Shown here piece after piece: positions 30,001 to 34,065 of a stretch of DNA of 34,065 nt. The notes beneath the pieces are model-generated. The model saw only the letters and a program-made list of their open reading frames with translations. It was not told the DNA's origin and made no database searches. The translations under genes and the position numbers were made by a program. Each line of letters begins with the position of its first letter. Within the stretch, counting starts at the first letter, position 1. The stretch is from Chiloscyllium plagiosum. Lineage: Eukaryota. The stretch is taken from contig NC_057753.1 of the NCBI RefSeq assembly GCF_004010195.1, positions 10,315,823-10,349,887 on the forward strand, read 5' to 3'.

Positions 30001-30840
30001 TTCTGGATTAGTGGTGCTGGAAGACCACAGCAGTTCAGGCAGCATCCAAGGAGCAGCGAAATCGACGTTTCAGGCAAAAGCCCTTCATCAGGAATAAAGG
30101 CAGAGAGCCTGAAGCGTGGAGAGATAAGCTGGAACTGTACCACACCCCCCTACAACCCACCGTCCCATCCTGGCACCTTCCCCTGCCACCGCAGGAACTG
30201 TAAAACCTGCGCCCACACCTCCTCCCTCACCTCTATCCAGGGCCCTAAAGGAGCCTTCCACATCCATCAAAGTTTTACTTGCACATCCACTAATATCATT
30301 TATTGTATCTGTTGCTCCCGATGCGGTCTCCTCTACATTGGGGAGACTGGGCGCCTCCTAGCAGAGCGCTTTAGGGAACATNNNNNNNNNNNNNNNNNNN
30401 NNNNNNNNNNNNNNNNNNNNNNNNNNNNNNNNNNNNNNNNNNNNNNNNNNNNNNNNNNNNNNNNNNNNNNNNNNNNNNNNNNNNNNNNNNNNNNNNNNNN
30501 NNNNNNNNNNNNNNNNNNNNNNNNNNNNNNNNNNNNNNNNNNNNNNNNNNNNNNNNNNNNNNNNNNNNNNNNNNNNNNNNNNNNNNNNNNNNNNNNNNNN
30601 NNNNNNNNNNNNNNNNNNNNNNNNNNNNNNNNNNNNNNNNNNNNNNNNNNNNNNNNNNNNNTCCCCACCCTCCTCTAGCTTATCTCTCCACGCTTCAGGC
30701 TGTCTGCCTTTATTCCTGATGAAGGGCTTTTGCCCGAAACATCGATTTCGCTGCTCCTTGGATGCTGCCTGAACTGCTGTGCTCTTCCAGCACCACTGAT
30801 CCAGAATCTGGTTTCCAGCATCTGCAGTCATTGTTTTTAC
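30001..30840 (+). mobile_element. Penelope-like element with 5' inverted terminal repeat, GIY-YIG ORF fragment and TSD
   Basis: PCHRRNCKTCAH...NIIYCICCSRCGLLYIGETGRLLAERFREH (30181-30381). 30001-30130 is inverted relative to ~30677-30806. Direct repeat ACCAGAGTCATAGAGAT at 29985-30001 and 30839-30855. Confidence 0.92.
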
Positions 30841-30841
30841 C

Positions 30842-31618
30842 AGAGTCATAGAGATGTACAACATGGAAACAGACCCTTCGGTCCAACCCGTCCATTCTGA
30901 CCAGACATCCCAACCCAATCTAGTCCCACCTGCCAGCACCCGGCCCATATCCCTCCAAACCCTTTCTATTCATATACCCATCCGAATGCCTTTTAAATGT
31001 TGCAATTGTACCAGTCTCCACCACTTCCTCTGGCAGCTCATTCCATACATGTACCACCTTCTGTATGAAAAAGTTGCCCCTTAGGTCTCTTTTATGTCTT
31101 TCCCTGCTCACCCTCACCAGAACCCTCTAGTTCTGGACTCCCTGACCCCAGGGAAAAGACTTTGTCTATTTATCCTATCCATGCCCCTCATAATTTTGTA
31201 AACCTCTAAAAGGTCACCCCTCAGCCTCCGACACTCCAGGGAAAACAGCTCCAGCCTGTTCAGCCTCTCCCTATAGCTCAAATCCTCCAATCCTTGCAAC
31301 ATTCTTGTAAATCTTTTCTGAACCCTTTCAAGTTTCATAACATCTTTCCGATAGGAAGGAGACCAGAATTGCATGCAATATTCCAACAGTGGCCCAACCA
31401 ATGTCCTGTTCTCAATACTCTGACCAATAAAGGAAAGCATACCAAACGCCTTCTTCACTATCCTATCTACCTGCGACTGCACTTTCACAGAGCTATGAAC
31501 CTGCACTCCAAGGTCTCTTTGAACACTCCCTAGGACCTTACCATTAAGTATATAAGTCCTGCTAAGATTTGCTTTCCCAAAATGCAGCACCTTGCATTTA
31601 TCGGAATTAAACTCCATC
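30842..31618 (-). mobile_element. CR1 LINE 3' portion
   Basis: ORF 31114-31638 MEFNSDKCKVLHFG...DLGVQVH...LERVQKRFTRM...RRLRGDLLEVYKIM and WNELPEEVV. Confidence 0.92.
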
Positions 31619-31841
31619 AGTTTTATGCACAGTCCCAACTATCATGGAAGCCAACCTACCATCCACGGTCTCCATCTACACATCTTATTTTCACGGAAAG
31701 GCTGCCAACATCATCAAAGTGCCCTCCCACCCCAGTAATGCTCTCTTACAACCTCTTTGGTCAAACAGAAGATACAGAATGTTGAACACGCACCAACAGG
31801 TTCAGAAGGAGCTTCTTCCCTGTCATTGTTAGAATGATTAA

Positions 31842-32030
31842 TGTGCATGTGGAATGATCTGCCAGAGGAAGTGGTGGAGGATGGTATAATTACAACATTT
31901 AGCCAGCATCTGGATGGGTGTATGATTTATAAGGGGTTGGAGGGATAGGGTCCAAGTGTTGGCAAATGGACTACGAACGAGTTAGACTCAGGGGTCTGTT
32001 TCCGTGCTGGACATCTCTATACGACTCTGT
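31842..32030 (+). mobile_element. CR1 LINE 3' tail fragment
   Basis: TGGAATGATCTGCCAGAGGAAGTGGTGGAGG...TCTGTTTCCGTGCTGGACATCTCTAT. Confidence 0.8.
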
Positions 32031-32429
32031 CCAATGCCCACTTACCATCCTCTTCAATAACATCATAATTGGAAGTACAGTATATGACATAGCTACAACA
32101 CAGTACTACAACAAATAATTACAATCGAATGTTAGAGAGCCCCAAATAGTACATTGAATGTTTAACCATTTAATAACACTCAACAGATCTCTGTCCCTCC
32201 TCGCGTTCCAGTCCCGATAAATGTCATTAGGATCAGAAAGCCTTCAGAGGGAGAGATAATCTGAATCCCTTTCCCTTGCATTCACACTCTCCGCCTCCAG
32301 TTGCCACAAGTAAACAGTGCCTTCCCTCCGTTTTTCCCTCCCAGGATGAGAAATTGGAAGGGGGAAGATATTGCTTTGCTCCCAAATGTTGCCCAGAGGA
32401 GGGGTTTTCAGTCTGAAACCGACAGGGCT

Positions 32430-32825
32430 ACTTCCTCTTTGTGACGCCAAACACTAGGGGCGGGGACTCCTATCGGAGCCGGCCGGTGATGATCCTGAGT
32501 TCTCAACGGCTTGTCTCCTAATAAGGAACCGCGACTGCGTCACAGAAGGCATTCAGAACCGCAGAGGACCGGAAGAGTCTGGTCCTCTCGCCAATCAGAG
32601 CCCCCTTATTGTCCGAAGTTGGATCATGAGCTTCTGAAGTTGCTATTGCTCTCTCTCTGAATGTATATGGACTTCACCCTGGACTTGCAACTTCCTTCCT
32701 CTGCCCAACATCTATGAATACGGGCACTCTTCTTTCCTCATTCAATGGTTATACTGCTCAGTTTCATGAACTGACAGCAAATCAATTCACGGAGGTAGCA
32801 GGGTCTGGGAAGTTTGACTTGGTCT
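32430..32825 (+). promoter_or_regulatory. ZNF-associated promoter/first-exon cassette, copy C (donor mutated, followed by ERV LTR)
   Basis: GC box GGGGCGGGG, GAGGACCGGAAG...CCAATCAGAG...GAAGTTGGATCATGAGCTT...CCAACATCT|ATGAAT (GT changed to AT at 32714). Confidence 0.68.
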
Positions 32826-33464
32826 TGTGAGAAACACTTCAATAATTTCAGTCCGAGGCCAAAAATCTGAACTAGTAGTGCCGCTTTATTTGTACACTTG
32901 CAAGTGGGTGCAATGCCTAAAGCCAGGTAAGACAATGACAAATGCACATCAAATCCAACAAACTCTCGAAATTTATACAGTTTGAATCCCCATATTTTTT
33001 TCTTATTCCATTGTTTGCTCCCTCCATCTGCTTACGTCACTCATTTCCTTAAGACTGATCCCACAACTTCTGTTTATCCGGCCTTGTCAGTGACAAATGT
33101 CTGCTCCCATAAAGTTGTTTGACGTCATCCCACCCTTTGCTTACCATTATCTGCTCCCTCCATCTGCGATGCCCCTCACAGCATCTTATCACTAAGCCCT
33201 TTTAATTGGGGTTTGTTCCTGTGTCTCTGTACAAGTGGGAAACAGATGTTTATAAAGGCCTCTTTTCACAGCATTTTATCTAGTGCCTGTATTTCTACCA
33301 TTGTTCTGTAATCACGTCTCGTGCTAAGTCCTTCCTCTATGTACTTCCCATTTTTGCTAACTCAGCTCCTTGCTGAGAAAACAATCACAGACTAATGTGA
33401 ATTCATTTACTCTGTATCAGAACTTATAATTTGCAGAAATAACATCAATTCACCGATATCCCAA
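32826..33464 (-). mobile_element. 3' LTR (LTR-C) of a divergent sister ERV
   Basis: Minus strand begins TTGGGATATCGGT and ends GGACTGAAATTATTGAAGTGTTTCTCACA. Ends align to LTR-A and the U3 middle is diverged. PPT AAAAGAAAAAGGGGAAA at ~33466-33482. Confidence 0.9.
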
Positions 33465-33484
33465 ATTTCCCCTTTTTCTTTTGA

Positions 33485-33750
33485 TTACCATTTGTTATCT
33501 TCTGCATTCTTGTCTCTTTTTTTTTAAAATCGTTCCCAAAATTCGCAAGCATCATTTCAGAGATTTCATCCATCTTGGTTTCACTCATCTCCTCATTATT
33601 TAGCCGATAAAGTTCCTCTGTCTGATTCCCTCTTAGGGGCATCTGTTTCATCAAGGCTGTTTTCAATCAGCTTTGGGTGAGCCCTCGTATACAGGGTATG
33701 ACACAACAGCCAATGGCCACCAATACCCCGACTACTACTATCAGGGAAGT
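33485..33750 (-). pseudogene. env: ERV env TM/cytoplasmic tail fragment
   Basis: Reverse complement nearly matches 260-400 (ACTTCCCTGATAGTAGTAGTCGGGGTATTGGTGGCCATTGGCTGTTGT..; LIE/KTALMKQM). Confidence 0.92.
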
Positions 33751-34065
33751 TAGGTGGGTAGGGGCGGGCTGCCTTAGAGTGGTCGGAAGGTGAGAGGGGC
33801 GGGGGCTTGCTGGGTCTGTATTGTCTGCACTTTTGTATGTAACAGTACTGTCTAATGTACAACTGTCATTGCTGTTGTCTCTTTATATCTTTGTGAAACT
33901 GGGATTTGAGGTTTGTCCTCATGTCCCTGTAAACTGTTTGAATGGTAGGGTTTGGGGCCTGGCTTTGCTGCTCCTCTCCCTTGTAAAATTGCTGTCTCTT
34001 GTATGCAGCTGTAAATCTAACTGTTTGTTGTAAACTGTTTTTGTAATTTGTTTAATAAAATAAAA
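33751..34065 (+). mobile_element. Probable 5'-truncated L1/Tx1-type LINE 3' UTR inserted in env
   Basis: env homology ends abruptly at 33750. A G-run block and a T/G-rich tract follow, then AATAAAATAAAA at the window edge. Confidence 0.5.

Larger units (their letters stand above)
29840..31842 (+). mobile_element. Rex1/Babar-like LINE 3' end split into 29840-29990 and 31618-31842 by nested insertions
   Basis: Left part VKKAQQCLF....IYRCITES..TAWYGYC; right part MEANLPS..SIYTS...KAANIIKVPSHP...RRYR..FRRSFFP. Confidence 0.72.

Noticed and set aside
32484..32500. C/D-box snoRNA (GTGATGA...CTGA)
   Set aside because: The boxes are only a few nt apart, leaving no room for a guide or terminal stem.

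Overview
Vertebrate genomic DNA, very probably from a shark. The basis is abundant HE1-like tRNA-derived SINEs and shark-type CR1 and Penelope repeats, so the taxon is an inference. There are three assembly gaps (10050-10385, 27163-27332, 30382-30661). From left to right: (1) a decayed class I (gamma/epsilon-type) endogenous retrovirus arranged as a tandem env-PPT-LTR-PBS(Pro)-gag-pro-IN-env, whose second unit is broken up by foreign AT-rich segments; (2) a CpG-rich promoter facing left into the ERV; (3) a solo LTR of the same family with a 4-bp TSD; (4) a cluster of KRAB-less C2H2 zinc-finger genes, comprising an intact 13-finger ORF on +, a convergent 5.5-finger paralog on - and a one-finger relic; (5) three copies of a ~0.3-0.5 kb promoter/first-exon cassette that accompanies these genes; (6) a divergent sister ERV (env end plus 3' LTR) on - at the right end, interrupted by an L1/Tx1-like 3' end. 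The rest is nested CR1, L2, Rex1-like, SINE and Penelope-like debris. Many Penelope-derived pieces carry minimal hammerhead-ribozyme cores with covarying helix II. Family names were assigned by eye from motifs, with no database search.
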